DNA of 64,000 nucleotides from contig JAWCLZ010000006.1 in the NCBI GenBank assembly GCA_038850275.1, forward strand, positions 393 through 64,392, given 5' to 3'. The stretch comes from Methanocellales archaeon. Its GTDB lineage: Archaea; Halobacteriota; JAWCLZ01. Under the pieces are notes generated by a model, which saw nothing but the letters and a program-made list of their open reading frames with translations, ran no database searches and had not been told where the DNA came from. This document shows, piece after piece, positions 9,012 to 19,275 of this stretch. Position 1 is the first letter of the stretch, and each line of letters begins with the position of its first letter. A program made the translations under genes and the position numbers.

Positions 9012-12000
9012 ATGCCATACTCAATGCCAAACTCAACCTCAAACTCGATAGAAGCTTACTTCAAATCCCTAGAGCAAGAGCTAAATCGAGCCATGAGTCT
9101 CGCAAATGAGGCTAGGAAGCGCGGAAGCGATCCAGAGCCTAGAATTGAAATACAACCTGCTATTGATCTCGCGGATAGAGTTGAAAAGCTAATGGGAATA
9201 AAGGGAATAGCTAAGAGAATTCGAGAGCTAAATTTGGGCAGAGAGGAACTTGCTCTTCAAATCGGCTATGAAATTGCAAGTGAAAAAATCACTAAATTTG
9301 AAAGCAAAATTCAAGCCATAGAGGGGGCAATTCGCACTGCAGTTGCAATTTTAACAGAAGGCGTAGTGGCTGCACCAATAGAGGGCATCGCTAGAGTGGG
9401 AATAGGAAAGAATGATTGCGGTACAAGTTATCTAAGGATTTACTATGCAGGTCCAATTAGAAGCGCTGGAGGTACTGCTCAAGCCCTCTCAGTCTTAGTT
9501 GCAGATTACGTGCGCAGAGCTTTAGGTATAGATCGCTATCGCCCTAGGAAAGATGAAATTGAGCGCTGCGTTGAAGAAATCCCACTTTATAAACAAGCCC
9601 AGCATCTGCAGTATCTCCCAACTGAAGAAGAAATTCGCTTGGTGGTGCAAAATTGCCCTATTTGTGTGGATGGCGAGCCAACAGAAGACATAGAGGTCTC
9701 TGGGTATCGAAACTTGGAGAGAATTGAAACGAACCGAGTGCGAGGTGGAATGGCACTTGTAATAGCAGAGGGCATAGTGCTCAAAGCGCCTAAAATCAAG
9801 AAACACGTTGAGAAACTAAAGCTAAGCGACTGGGAATGGCTTGACTTTCTTATCTCAAGCAGTAGAGATATAGTTGATATTGAAGATGAAGAAATTGAGA
9901 AACCGAGGGAGAAATTTCTCCAAGATCTAATTGCAGGCAGACCAGTATTTTCACATCCCTCTAGAGCAGGTGGCTTTAGGTTGAGATATGGGCGCGCTCG
10001 CAACTCAGGGTTCGCTGCTGCTGGAATACATCCAGCAACAATGGTGCTTCTCGATGACTTCATCGCAACTGGTACACAGCTGAAGCTTGAGGCGCCTGGT
10101 AAAGCCGCTGGGATTGTACCTGTAGATGGAATTGAGGGGCCAACTGTGAAGCTCTCAAATGGCGATGTATTGCGCGTGCAATCAATAGAGCAAGCATATG
10201 CACTTCGCGGGGAAGTGATGGAGATCTTAGATGTAGGGGAGATTTTAATAAACTATGGCGATTTTATGGAGAACAACCACCCTCTCCTGCCATCTAGTTA
10301 CTGCATTGAATGGTGGATGGAAGAGGTAAAGCAAAAGCAAAAGACAGTAATTAATCCAGAGAATGCAGAGCAAGCTATTCAAATGGCAATGGAACTTGGA
10401 ATTCCACTTCATCCAAACTATACTTATCTATGGCACGATATCGATTTAAATGAATTTAAAACGCTTTCCCAATATGTAGCAGAAAATGGCAAACTCGAGA
10501 AAAACCTCTTGCTGCTCCCAAAAAAACAAGAGATAAAGCAAATTTTAGAGAAACTCTTAGTGCCTCATAAACTTCGGGATTGCATAATAATTGAAGACCC
10601 CATGGCACTTATTCACTGCTTAGGATTGGATAGGAATTTGAAGAAGAAATGGAAATCACTTGAATTTCTAACCACAATTGAAGCAGTTAATGCGCTAAGT
10701 GGATTAATAATACGAGAGAGAGCGCCAACTAGAATAGGGGGGCGAATGGGTAGGCCAGAGAAGTCAAAGGAGAGAGAAATGAGGCCACCTGTACACGTCC
10801 TCTTCCCAATTGGTGAGGCAGGTGGAAGGAGAAGATCCCTGCAAGAGGCAATGGAATACTCAAATTCAAATACAAATAGAGCAGGGGAGATCGAAGTTGA
10901 AATTGGAATTAGAAAATGCCCTAACTGCAAGGAACTAACTTTTAAAAACAGATGTAAATGCGGTTCATTCACAGCCCCAGCGAACATCTGCTCCCACTGC
11001 AACTTGATATCGCAAACTGATACTTGTCCTCGCTGCCATCGAGTTCTCACGAGCGTTGTTAAGCAGAAGATAAATCTAAAAGAACTATACAAAGAAGCCC
11101 TTCGCTCCTTAAATGAGCAGGAGAATTTTGAAATTTTAAAGGGCGTCGCAGGATTGATCTCTAAAAACAAAACCCCAGAGCCAATTGAGAAAGGCATATT
11201 ACGAGCAAAGCACAATGTATATGTCTTCAAAGATGGCACAATTCGCTACGATCTAACAGATTTACCATTAACCCACTTCATCCCAAGAGAAATTAATCTA
11301 TCAATTGAAAAAATCAGAGAACTTGGCTATGAATACGATGCAGCTGGGGAGCCATTGAAGAGCGTGGAGCAATTGGTTGAATTAAAACCCCAAGATGTGA
11401 TCCTCTCTCAAGCAGCCGGGAAGTACTTCGTTAGAGTTGCTAAATTCATAGATGATTTACTTGTTAAATATTACAAACTTGAACCATACTATAATGTTGA
11501 GCAGCCTCAGGATTTAATAGGAAAATTGATAATAGGTCTAGCGCCACATACCAGCGCTGGCGTTCTAGGGAGAATCATAGGTTTTACCAATGCCTCAGCG
11601 TGCTATGCTCACCCATATTTCCACGCTGCAAAAAGGAGAAATTGCGATGGGGATGAAGACAGCGTTATACTTCTCCTTGATGCTCTTCTTAACTTCTCCT
11701 GCTCATATCTACCTGAGAAACGCGGGGGGAAGATGGATGCACCCTTGGTTTTAACCATTCGAGTTGATCCCAAAGAAGTTGATAAAGAAGCGCATAATAT
11801 AGACATAGCAGCTTTCTACCCACTTGAATTCTACGAAGCCACGCTTAAGCATGCAAATCCAAAGGAATTCGAGGGAAAGATCCCCACAATAGCATCTAAG
11901 CTTGAAACTCAATATAAATACCAAGGATTTAAATTCACCCATAGTACTTCTGATATTGCTATGGGACCAGTGGTTTCAGCATATAAAACTCTTTCAACTA

Positions 12001-12395
12001 TGATGGAAAAAATGGAGGCACAGCTGAGGCTTGCACGCAGAATTCGCGCAGTAGATGAAAAAGATGTTGCTGAGCGAGTAATAAACCATCATTTCCTACC
12101 TGATATAATTGGCAATCTACATTCCTTCTCCAAGCAGCAAATGCGCTGCGTGAAATGCAATCAAAAATATAGAAGACCACCACTTCGAGGGATATGCGTT
12201 AAATGCGGCAGCCGAATAATCCTCACCATACACGAGGGCACTGTTAAGAAATATCTAGAAGCAAGTATGAAAATAGCAGAGGAATACGAAGTCTCAGCTT
12301 ATACCAAGCAGAGACTTAAGCTTCTGAGTCAAGAAATAACTTCGCTATTTGAAAGCGATACTTGCAAGCAGAAAGAACTATTTGACTTCCTTTAG
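9012..12395 (+). CDS. polC: DNA polymerase D large subunit DP2
   Basis: [48 protein letters not shown] and Zn fingers; no intein. Confidence 0.98.
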   Translation: MPYSMPNSTSNSIEAYFKSLEQELNRAMSLANEARKRGSDPEPRIEIQPAIDLADRVEKLMGIKGIAKRIRELNLGREELALQIGYEIASEKITKFESKIQAIEGAIRTAVAILTEGVVAAPIEGIARVGIGKNDCGTSYLRIYYAGPIRSAGGTAQALSVLVADYVRRALGIDRYRPRKDEIERCVEEIPLYKQAQHLQYLPTEEEIRLVVQNCPICVDGEPTEDIEVSGYRNLERIETNRVRGGMALVIAEGIVLKAPKIKKHVEKLKLSDWEWLDFLISSSRDIVDIEDEEIEKPREKFLQDLIAGRPVFSHPSRAGGFRLRYGRARNSGFAAAGIHPATMVLLDDFIATGTQLKLEAPGKAAGIVPVDGIEGPTVKLSNGDVLRVQSIEQAYALRGEVMEILDVGEILINYGDFMENNHPLLPSSYCIEWWMEEVKQKQKTVINPENAEQAIQMAMELGIPLHPNYTYLWHDIDLNEFKTLSQYVAENGKLEKNLLLLPKKQEIKQILEKLLVPHKLRDCIIIEDPMALIHCLGLDRNLKKKWKSLEFLTTIEAVNALSGLIIRERAPTRIGGRMGRPEKSKEREMRPPVHVLFPIGEAGGRRRSLQEAMEYSNSNTNRAGEIEVEIGIRKCPNCKELTFKNRCKCGSFTAPANICSHCNLISQTDTCPRCHRVLTSVVKQKINLKELYKEALRSLNEQENFEILKGVAGLISKNKTPEPIEKGILRAKHNVYVFKDGTIRYDLTDLPLTHFIPREINLSIEKIRELGYEYDAAGEPLKSVEQLVELKPQDVILSQAAGKYFVRVAKFIDDLLVKYYKLEPYYNVEQPQDLIGKLIIGLAPHTSAGVLGRIIGFTNASACYAHPYFHAAKRRNCDGDEDSVILLLDALLNFSCSYLPEKRGGKMDAPLVLTIRVDPKEVDKEAHNIDIAAFYPLEFYEATLKHANPKEFEGKIPTIASKLETQYKYQGFKFTHSTSDIAMGPVVSAYKTLSTMMEKMEAQLRLARRIRAVDEKDVAERVINHHFLPDIIGNLHSFSKQQMRCVKCNQKYRRPPLRGICVKCGSRIILTIHEGTVKKYLEASMKIAEEYEVSAYTKQRLKLLSQEITSLFESDTCKQKELFDFL

Positions 12396-12439
12396 ATTGA
12401 CAAATGTTTTATAGCTTAAATTTTAAAGAAAAAATTTAA

Positions 12440-12946
12440 ATGCGCACTCTCTATAAGCAGCAGCGCGTTGGAGTATTCGTGGATGTACAGAATTTATATT
12501 ACTCCGCGCGCTATCTCTACAATAGCAAGGTGGATTTCAAAGAAATATTGAAAGAGGCAGTTCGCGGGAGAAGCTTAATACGCGCTATTGCATATGTGAT
12601 TAGAGCAGATGTAAAAGAGGAAGTGGGTTTCTTCGAAGCACTGCTTAAAATTGGCTATGAAGTTAAAGCCAAGGATCTGCAGGTTTTCTATGGGGGCACG
12701 AAAAAGGGCAACTGGGATATTGGCATAGCGATGGATGCTATAGAACTAGCGCCCAAACTCGATACTGTGGTGCTAGTCTCAGGAGATGGCGATTTCATTC
12801 CCCTTGTGGAGCATTTGAAGAGAGCAATGGGCTGCAAAGTCGAAGTCATGGCATTTGGAAGAAGCACCTCTTCAAGGCTGATTGAGGAAGCAGATGAATT
12901 CATAGATCTCGATAGCAATCCAAGGAGATTTTTACTAATAGAGTAG
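12440..12946 (+). CDS. NYN domain (LabA/DUF88) PIN-fold nuclease-like protein
   Basis: VFVDVQN, KGNWDIGIAMD and LVSGDGDF motifs. Confidence 0.9.
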   Translation: MRTLYKQQRVGVFVDVQNLYYSARYLYNSKVDFKEILKEAVRGRSLIRAIAYVIRADVKEEVGFFEALLKIGYEVKAKDLQVFYGGTKKGNWDIGIAMDAIELAPKLDTVVLVSGDGDFIPLVEHLKRAMGCKVEVMAFGRSTSSRLIEEADEFIDLDSNPRRFLLIE

Positions 12947-12994
12947 TTTAACCATAAATAGTAAAAGTAATAAAGAAAATAATAAAGAAAAAAG

Positions 12995-13792
12995 CTATTT
13001 AAGCAGCTTCAAAGCCTCCTTCACGGTGTAGTTCTCATGCACAATTGCTGCTATAGCACGAGTCATCTTCGTTGGGTCTTTGGCTTGAAAGATATTCCTC
13101 CCAATTGCAACACCTTTGCCTCCAGCTTGTATGGAATCATATACCATCTCAAGAAGCTCAATTTCTGTGGACATCTTGGGACCACCAGCAACAACAATTG
13201 GAGCTGGGCAACCTCTGACTACTTCTTTGAAGCTATCTATATCTCCAGTGTAATTCGTCTTCACAATATCTGCGCCTAACTCTGCACCAACTCGAGCAGC
13301 GTGCTTCACATATTCCACGCCATGCTCCGATTTAACCTTCGCTCCCCGTGGATACATCATAGCAAGTAGTGGCATGCCCCATTCATTGCAACTTCGCGAT
13401 ATTTGACCTAGCATTGCAAGCATCTCAGCTTCATCATTTGCTCCAATGTTAACGTGCACGCTAACCCCATCTGCACCCACTTTTATGGCCTCTTCCACAG
13501 TGGTGACAAGCACCTTATGAAGCGGATCTGGCCCTAGCGTGGTAGAGGCAGTGAGGTGAATTATCAAGCCTATATCACGGCCATATCTCCTGTGCCCATA
13601 TTTAGGCAAGCCCATGTGACCAAGCACAGCATTCGCACCGCCCTCTGCTACCTTATTCACTGCTTCTTTCAAATCCATCAATCCCTCTATCGGTCCCAAG
13701 CTTACCCCATGGTCCATTGGCACGATCACTGTCTTTCCAGTCTCGCGATTGATTATTCTTTCAAGTCTAACAGCTTTTCCAATTAAACTCAT
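12995..13792 (-). CDS. aroA': 2-amino-3,7-dideoxy-D-threo-hept-6-ulosonate synthase (DhnA-type class I aldolase)
   Basis: [33 protein letters not shown] and GRNIFQ motifs. Confidence 0.85.
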   Translation of the reverse strand: MSLIGKAVRLERIINRETGKTVIVPMDHGVSLGPIEGLMDLKEAVNKVAEGGANAVLGHMGLPKYGHRRYGRDIGLIIHLTASTTLGPDPLHKVLVTTVEEAIKVGADGVSVHVNIGANDEAEMLAMLGQISRSCNEWGMPLLAMMYPRGAKVKSEHGVEYVKHAARVGAELGADIVKTNYTGDIDSFKEVVRGCPAPIVVAGGPKMSTEIELLEMVYDSIQAGGKGVAIGRNIFQAKDPTKMTRAIAAIVHENYTVKEALKLLK

Positions 13793-13865
13793 TATTCCAC
13801 CTTCTATAGAAATCGCTTTTGAAGGGCAAAATCTTTATGTAACATGGAATATAACTTCAATACGC

Positions 13866-13951
13866 GGCCGGGATGGGGTAGTGGTTATCCTTTGGGACTG
13901 TGGAAATCAAGCAGAGATCCCAAGACCTGGGTTCAAATCCCGGTCCCGGCC
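13866..13951 (+). tRNA. tRNA-His(GTG) with encoded G-1 and a 13-nt intron at 37/38 (13904-13916)
   Basis: Acceptor stem GGCCGGGA/TCCCGGCC, anticodon arm TGGGA-CTGTGG[aaatcaagcagag]A-TCCCA and T-loop GTTCAAATC. Confidence 0.92.
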
Positions 13952-13956
13952 TTTTC

Positions 13957-15738
13957 CTATTTTGCCCAGAATGGATTTGTTTTTCGCTTCATAGCAAGAA
14001 ATTCCCTGAGTGCTTCAAGCTCATCTGCAGGTAGAATATCATATAGCTCGTGTTCAAGTATCTTGGCGTGCTTCTCAGGAAGATCTACAAGTAAAACATC
14101 TCCTTCGCGAATCTGCCTGCCAACCGTTGGCCCCTCGATTGAAATTGCAACTTCCTGCTTATAAGTAGCTTCTGGTATATTCTCCCCTTTATTCTGAATG
14201 GTCTTGAGAGTGCCAATCTTTGTGCCATCTTCCCTCAGAAGATCAACGCCTGGCCTTATCCTACCCCCTAATACTTCCACGCCTACTATCGCGGGTTTGC
14301 TAGCGCGAAAAACGCAATCTGGAAGTATCCTTATTTTTCCAGGTCTAATGATTGCCTCAAGGCGCTTCTTCTCTATAGCTGCTTTCTGCTCTTTCACCCA
14401 ATTTTCATAATCCTCAAGGAGCTTGTAAATCACATCACTCTGGAAGATTCGAATTTTTGCTTTAGCTGCTTCTTCTTTTGCATCTGGTAAAACATCGACA
14501 TAGAATCCTAAAATAACTGCATAAAGGGGATCTTTAACTGTGGCTGCATCTATCACATCTCGCTTGGATATATCCCCAACATCAGCTCTGCGTATGGGTA
14601 TCTTCGCTTCTTTCAATTCATTCACAATTGCCTCTAAGCTGCCGAGGGTATCAGCTTTTATTATAACTCCAGTTTGATCGGTTTCAATTCTTACATCGAT
14701 AATTTCAGATTTCATCTCCTTGATTACTTCCTCGATTTCAACATCACTTTTGATTACCCTAAGTGGTGAACCTGCAAGGGCTTTCTCGAGATGGGGCGCT
14801 GCAATTTTAATTCCCGCGGCAGCGGTGACTTTTTGAACTCTCAAAAATTTCTCTTCAACCCTTATCTCGGAGAGAGGCCTTGGTTTAAGCAGCGCTCGAA
14901 CTTTAGTTATAATTGGTTCCTTAACTCCTAGGAGAGCTATGGTATCCCCAATTTTGATCTCCCCATCGTAGAGAATAACATCAATTGTTACCCCAAGTCC
15001 AAGTTCTTCCTTCACTTCTAGTACTGTTCCAACTCCAGCAGAGGCTGCATCGTACTTCAAATCCTTTTCAAGGAAGCGTTGAGCTAGGCCTACTAATACA
15101 AGCAAGAGATCTGCTATTCCCTCTCCTGTTTTTGCACTTATAGGTATTATACCCACATTTCTTTGAAAATCTCGAATTCTATCGTAGCGATCTGAGCTGA
15201 AGCCTGCGTTGAGTAGCTGTGAAATGATGAAATAAATTTTATCATCAAGCGCTAGTCTCACTCGCTCAGGCTGCTTCGAGTAGCTTATTACAAATGGTTC
15301 ATTGTAATTAGGGCGCCAGCCTTGGATGCGGTCTATCTTGTTAACTGCAACCACGAAGGGGGTGCGAAATCTACGTAGGATATTAATTGCTTCAATTGTT
15401 TGAGGTTGAAATCCCTCCATTACATCTACAACAAGAACTGCTAGGTCAGAAAGTGCTCCACCGCGGCTTCTTAAAGTGGTAAAGGCATGGTGTCCAGGTG
15501 TATCTATAAATAGCAGCCCTGGAACTATAAAATTGCCTCGCATTAAATTTCCACATAGTTTTTTGATCACTTCTAATGGTACTTCAGTTGCCCCAATATG
15601 CTGCGTAATTAGCCCAGCTTCTTTTTCAGCAATTGCAGAGCCCCGTATCTTATCAAGTAAAGTAGTCTTTCCATGATCAACGTGTCCGAGAACACAGACT
15701 ATGGGCGTGCGGAGTGCCTTTTCAGCCAACGTTACCAC
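13957..15738 (-). CDS. infB: Translation initiation factor aIF5B/IF-2
   Basis: GHVDHGKTT, ITQHIGA, DTPGH and NKID motifs. Confidence 0.97.
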   Translation of the reverse strand: MVTLAEKALRTPIVCVLGHVDHGKTTLLDKIRGSAIAEKEAGLITQHIGATEVPLEVIKKLCGNLMRGNFIVPGLLFIDTPGHHAFTTLRSRGGALSDLAVLVVDVMEGFQPQTIEAINILRRFRTPFVVAVNKIDRIQGWRPNYNEPFVISYSKQPERVRLALDDKIYFIISQLLNAGFSSDRYDRIRDFQRNVGIIPISAKTGEGIADLLLVLVGLAQRFLEKDLKYDAASAGVGTVLEVKEELGLGVTIDVILYDGEIKIGDTIALLGVKEPIITKVRALLKPRPLSEIRVEEKFLRVQKVTAAAGIKIAAPHLEKALAGSPLRVIKSDVEIEEVIKEMKSEIIDVRIETDQTGVIIKADTLGSLEAIVNELKEAKIPIRRADVGDISKRDVIDAATVKDPLYAVILGFYVDVLPDAKEEAAKAKIRIFQSDVIYKLLEDYENWVKEQKAAIEKKRLEAIIRPGKIRILPDCVFRASKPAIVGVEVLGGRIRPGVDLLREDGTKIGTLKTIQNKGENIPEATYKQEVAISIEGPTVGRQIREGDVLLVDLPEKHAKILEHELYDILPADELEALREFLAMKRKTNPFWAK

Positions 15739-15774
15739 TGCTTAAAAATATAGCCAATCTTAATATAAAAAAGC

Positions 15775-16227
15775 TCACCTTTCATAGATCCAGTCTTCAT
15801 CAATTCGCTTGTAGGATATTAATTCATCTTCCTTGAAATACAGTGCAATCTCTCGCCTTGCTGATTCAAGGGAATCTGAAGCGTGAACAATATTTCTTCC
15901 AGTTTCAAGGGCATAATCTCCACGTATCGTGCCAATATCTGCATTTTGAGGATCAGTTGCTCCTATCATTTTTCTCACAGCTTTCACTGCATTTCTACCC
16001 TCAACAACCATTGCAACCACAGGTCCCGAGGTGATAAATGAAATTAAATTTTGGAAAAATGGCTTAGCTTCATGCTCTGCGTAATGTAATTTAGCTAGTT
16101 CTTCATCAAGCTTCAAAAGCTTCATTCCAATGATCTTAAAACCTCGCTCTTCAACTCGAGAAATAATTCTACCAATTAAACCACGCTGCACCCCATCTGG
16201 CTTAACCATTAAAAAAGTGCGCTCCAA
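15775..16227 (-). CDS. ndk: Nucleoside diphosphate kinase
   Basis: KPDGVQRGL and RNIVHASDS motifs; TTG start. Confidence 0.97.
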   Translation of the reverse strand: MERTFLMVKPDGVQRGLIGRIISRVEERGFKIIGMKLLKLDEELAKLHYAEHEAKPFFQNLISFITSGPVVAMVVEGRNAVKAVRKMIGATDPQNADIGTIRGDYALETGRNIVHASDSLESARREIALYFKEDELISYKRIDEDWIYER

Positions 16228-16251
16228 TTTTTTTCAACCCCTTTTTAATTT

Positions 16252-16425
16252 TTACTTAGCTTTACTGATCCACTTAAGCTTCCGTGGGACTCTACCAAGC
16301 ATCATATTCTTTTCACATTTCGAGGAGCAGAAATAAAAAATGGTGCCATCTTTTTTCACAAACATCTTGCCTGAGCCAGGCTCTATTGCTTTATTGCAGA
16401 ATGAGCAAAGTCTTCCTTCAACCAT
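16252..16425 (-). CDS. rpl24e: 50S ribosomal protein L24e
   Basis: Manual translation [57 protein letters not shown]; conserved position between rps28e and ndk; below the ORF-track length cutoff. Confidence 0.95.
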   Translation of the reverse strand: MVEGRLCSFCNKAIEPGSGKMFVKKDGTIFYFCSSKCEKNMMLGRVPRKLKWISKAK

Positions 16426-16428
16426 AAG

Positions 16429-16653
16429 TCACCTTGAAATTAGTTTCTTTGCCTCTCGAGCGGTTTCCATTAAAATTAAAATATCTCCAATGCGAACTGG
16501 ACCTATGCAATTTCTAGTTATTATTCTACCCTTATTCATCCCCTCTAAGATACGACATTTCACTTGAATTGCCTCGCCATGCATTCCAGTTCGACCTATT
16601 ATTTCAATTACTTCAGCTGGTATACCGCTTTCCTCAACTACCAATATTTTCAC
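16429..16653 (-). CDS. rps28e: 30S ribosomal protein S28e
   Basis: [24 protein letters not shown]...[13 protein letters not shown]; the true start may be TTG at 16644. Confidence 0.95.
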   Translation of the reverse strand: MKILVVEESGIPAEVIEIIGRTGMHGEAIQVKCRILEGMNKGRIITRNCIGPVRIGDILILMETAREAKKLISR

Positions 16654-16671
16654 CTCTAAATTTTATTCAAT

Positions 16672-17043
16672 TTATTTCTTCAATGCTCGCACTTTTTGAA
16701 TCACTTCCTCCATTAATTCCTTACCCTTGCCTGGTTCTAGAATAGCTGCCGCAGCAGCACCCACGTCAAGCCCTGCAGCTGCACCAAGCTCGCTTTGCTT
16801 TGGAACATAGACATAGGGAATGTTTTTCTCATCGCAAAGTGGGGGTAGATGGGCAACTATTTCAGGTGGCTGTACATCCTCGCTTATCAGCACAAGCTTT
16901 GCTATGCCTCTCTCGACAGATTTAGTGGCTTCATTTGTACCCTTTCGAATCTTACCTGTATCCCTTGCAAGCTCAAGGGCTTCCAGTGCTTTATTTTGAA
17001 TCTCACTTGGAACTTCGAATTTTACATACACGGGTTTTGCCAT
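16672..17043 (-). CDS. rpl7ae: 50S ribosomal protein L7Ae
   Basis: [20 protein letters not shown] and [12 protein letters not shown] motifs; ATG 17043 follows a GGAG RBS. Confidence 0.96.
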   Translation of the reverse strand: MAKPVYVKFEVPSEIQNKALEALELARDTGKIRKGTNEATKSVERGIAKLVLISEDVQPPEIVAHLPPLCDEKNIPYVYVPKQSELGAAAGLDVGAAAAAILEPGKGKELMEEVIQKVRALKK

Positions 17044-17141
17044 TTCCATCTCTCCTTCCAGACCGAGATCTTTCATCATTCATTGATTCAGGGAAATTGC
17101 GTTCTCATGATATAAGCATCGACTCCTTTTAAAACTTCCGC

Positions 17142-17423
17142 TCATTCACTTGTGAAGAAAGAAGCATTTATTAGGAAAAAAGCAGCAGTTCCAATTAAAT
17201 AAGCTACTGCAAGCATTTCATCGAATACTGGGATACGTAAGATATCTATGAAAATAGTGGTTGAAACTATGCTTGCAATTAGCAGAACAAAGCCCAAGAG
17301 AAGTAAAAGCATGTCCCGGCGATAGGTCATGAAAAACGCCTTGGCGATGAGTGAGACTGCAAACAATCCAGAGATTGCAAATGTAAGGCTGAATAAAATT
17401 CGCAGTATAAACCAATTCATCAA
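17142..17423 (-). CDS. Small three-TM membrane protein coupled to the HTH gene
   Basis: Three hydrophobic segments; 4-bp overlap with the upstream HTH gene. Confidence 0.7.
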   Translation of the reverse strand: MMNWFILRILFSLTFAISGLFAVSLIAKAFFMTYRRDMLLLLLGFVLLIASIVSTTIFIDILRIPVFDEMLAVAYLIGTAAFFLINASFFTSE

Positions 17424-17782
17424 ATGTACCTCTTAGTGCGAACTTCTTTAAGTACATCCCACATTTTAACGATTTTTTCACTTGCGGCTTTCCTTATATT
17501 GATTTCAACCCTTAGCTGCTCTCCTTCGAAAGTAACATAAAAGCGAGTGACATTCGATCTATATAATTTGATCCTCTTGCCATCGGGTGTGAGAACGCTA
17601 TCAGCGACTTCTAATAGATTTGCATTTTCTAAATCTCGAACTTTTCGATAGCAGCTTGCCACTGGGATATTTAAATCAATACTTAGCTCTTGAGCCGATT
17701 TAGGACTTTTTAGGGATGCGGATAGTATTTTAATGTTATATTCATCAGCTAGCAATTTCATTATTTCAAGTGCATCTACCAT
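17420..17782 (-). CDS. Winged-HTH (ArsR-like) transcription regulator
   Basis: LLADEYNIKIL...KSAQELSIDLNIPVASCYRKVRDLENANLL...DGKRIKLYRS. Confidence 0.85.
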   Translation of the reverse strand: MVDALEIMKLLADEYNIKILSASLKSPKSAQELSIDLNIPVASCYRKVRDLENANLLEVADSVLTPDGKRIKLYRSNVTRFYVTFEGEQLRVEINIRKAASEKIVKMWDVLKEVRTKRYI

Positions 17783-18062
17783 TGAATCACATCCGCAGAG
17801 GCCTTTTATGCATGTGTAAGCTAGATATAAATAGGTTTTCAAAGGTCGATCTTTAACTCTCACTTATTTTCCCCTTTATTTGAATACTATTAAAAATATA
17901 AATATAATAAAATTTTTTAATTATTTCCTTTTAAATATATGATATAAGATATATATTATAGTAAATAAAAAAAAGAGGGAGAATAATTTTAAAATTTGAA
18001 TATGAATATAATTATAATTTAATTTGTTGAAATAATTATCCAACCATAGTTAGTAAAAAAAT

Positions 18063-18908
18063 CTAAGATGGTTTAACTTTGAGAGGATGAGTTCGATTAT
18101 AAATTTCCTTTAAATCTTCAATGCTGTAATCCGCGTAAATTTGCGTTGTATTCAAAGAAGAATGGCCTAGAAGTTTTTGAATCGCTCTTATATCTGCACC
18201 CATCTGAAGCATATGTGTGGCGAAGCTATGCCTCAATTTATGAGGTGTAACCTCTTTCTTAATACCAGCTTGAGTAGCAGCTCTTTTTATATTCAATTCG
18301 ATTGCTCTAGCAGTGATGTTGAATAATTTATCCATATCACTTTTCTTATTCTCCTCGCAATAACGCTTGATTTCGTCCAATAGCTCTTGTCTTGCTAGCA
18401 CATATCGCTCACGAGAGCCTTTACCAAATACCTTGATAGTGCAGTTTTTAAAATCTATATCTCTATAGCGAATATTTATGAGCTCGCTTACACGCAAACC
18501 AGTGGCATATAGAATTTGAAATATGAGTCTATCTCGAGGATTTTTTGCAGCATTAAAAAGTAGCTCTACTTCTTCAAGGGTTAAATATATAGGTGCTTTT
18601 TGCTCAGGCTTAACATTGTAGAGATTTCTACAAGGATTTTCAGGAATCAAATTATTATTATAAAGATATCCATAGAAAGATTTAATTATGCGCTGATAAG
18701 TTGAAATGCTGCTTTTTTTAAGATTTTTATTATAAAGATGGCTTAAAAAATTTACTATATCCAATTTCGTAGCAGTTTTAAGTTCTCTTCCAGTAAACTT
18801 CCTCAATTCAGACAGAATTTGCTTATACTGTTTTAATGCAATTGGCGATAAAACAAGTTTTTTTTCATTTAAAAAAATTTCAAGTGCACTATCAAGCTCC
18901 AAATCCAT
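18063..18908 (-). CDS. xerA: XerA-type tyrosine recombinase
   Basis: LYATGLRVSEL, GKGSRER, TPHKLRHSFATH and LLGHSSLNTTQIY: the catalytic R-K-H-R-H-Y set is complete. Confidence 0.93.
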   Translation of the reverse strand: MDLELDSALEIFLNEKKLVLSPIALKQYKQILSELRKFTGRELKTATKLDIVNFLSHLYNKNLKKSSISTYQRIIKSFYGYLYNNNLIPENPCRNLYNVKPEQKAPIYLTLEEVELLFNAAKNPRDRLIFQILYATGLRVSELINIRYRDIDFKNCTIKVFGKGSRERYVLARQELLDEIKRYCEENKKSDMDKLFNITARAIELNIKRAATQAGIKKEVTPHKLRHSFATHMLQMGADIRAIQKLLGHSSLNTTQIYADYSIEDLKEIYNRTHPLKVKPS

Positions 18909-18912
18909 CCCC

Positions 18913-18990
18913 TCTTCGCATTATCAGCGTAATCCGAAATTTTTATCTAAATTATTTTAATATTTCGCATTATTTCTATAATCTCGAAAT
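18913..18990. promoter_or_regulatory. Two dif-like inverted-repeat sites upstream of xerA (18913-18940 and 18962-18990)
   Basis: TCTTCGCATTA-tcagcg-TAATCCGAAAT and ATTTCGCATTA-tttcta-TAATCTCGAAAT; 11-6-11(12) geometry. Confidence 0.6.
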
Positions 18991-19046
18991 AAATATAAGT
19001 TTTGTGGTTAGTTAAATTTTAATAGCATTAAAAATAAGATTAACTT

Positions 19047-19120
19047 GGGCTCGTGGTCTAGTTGGCTATGACGTCGCCTTCACACGGCGAAGTTCACCGG
19101 TTCGAATCCGGTCGAGCCCA
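19047..19120 (+). tRNA. tRNA-Val(CAC)
   Basis: GGGCTCG/CGAGCCC acceptor stem, TCGCC-TTCACAC-GGCGA anticodon arm and GGTTCGAATCC T-arm. Confidence 0.96.
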
Positions 19121-19186
19121 TTGAAGACATTGAGGAGCTGCAAAGGATAAATACAAATATTAATTGCTTAGATATCAATTTTTAGA

Positions 19187-19259
19187 AGTCCCGTGGGGTA
19201 GCGGTCAATCCTGCTGGCCTTTGGAGCCGGCGACGGCGGTTCGAATCCGCCCGGGACTA
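19187..19259 (+). tRNA. tRNA-Gln(TTG)
   Basis: AGTCCCG/CGGGACT acceptor stem (A1-U72, typical of archaeal Gln) and CTGGC-CTTTGGA-GCCGG anticodon arm. Confidence 0.96.
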
Positions 19260-19275
19260 TTTTTGAGGTAGAGTT

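Noticed and set aside
10613-11239. 208-aa minus-strand ORF and similar antisense ORFs across the window
   Set aside because: They lie antisense to well-supported genes and have S/F/I-rich, motif-free translations typical of shadow frames.
12440-12946. NYN nuclease as part of a defence system
   Set aside because: It is a standalone LabA/DUF88 gene with no antitoxin or other defence partners adjacent.
13844-14164. 106-aa plus-strand ORF
   Set aside because: It overlaps tRNA-His and is antisense to infB, so it is a shadow ORF.
17864-18062. Replication origin in the AT-rich tract
   Set aside because: No ORB-like (TCCA-GAAA plus G-string) repeats and no cdc6/orc1 gene nearby.
18063-19259. Tyrosine recombinase next to tRNAs as a provirus or integrative element
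   Set aside because: The protein has XerA size and motifs, the flanking genes are housekeeping, and no att duplication or viral/plasmid genes are visible in the window.
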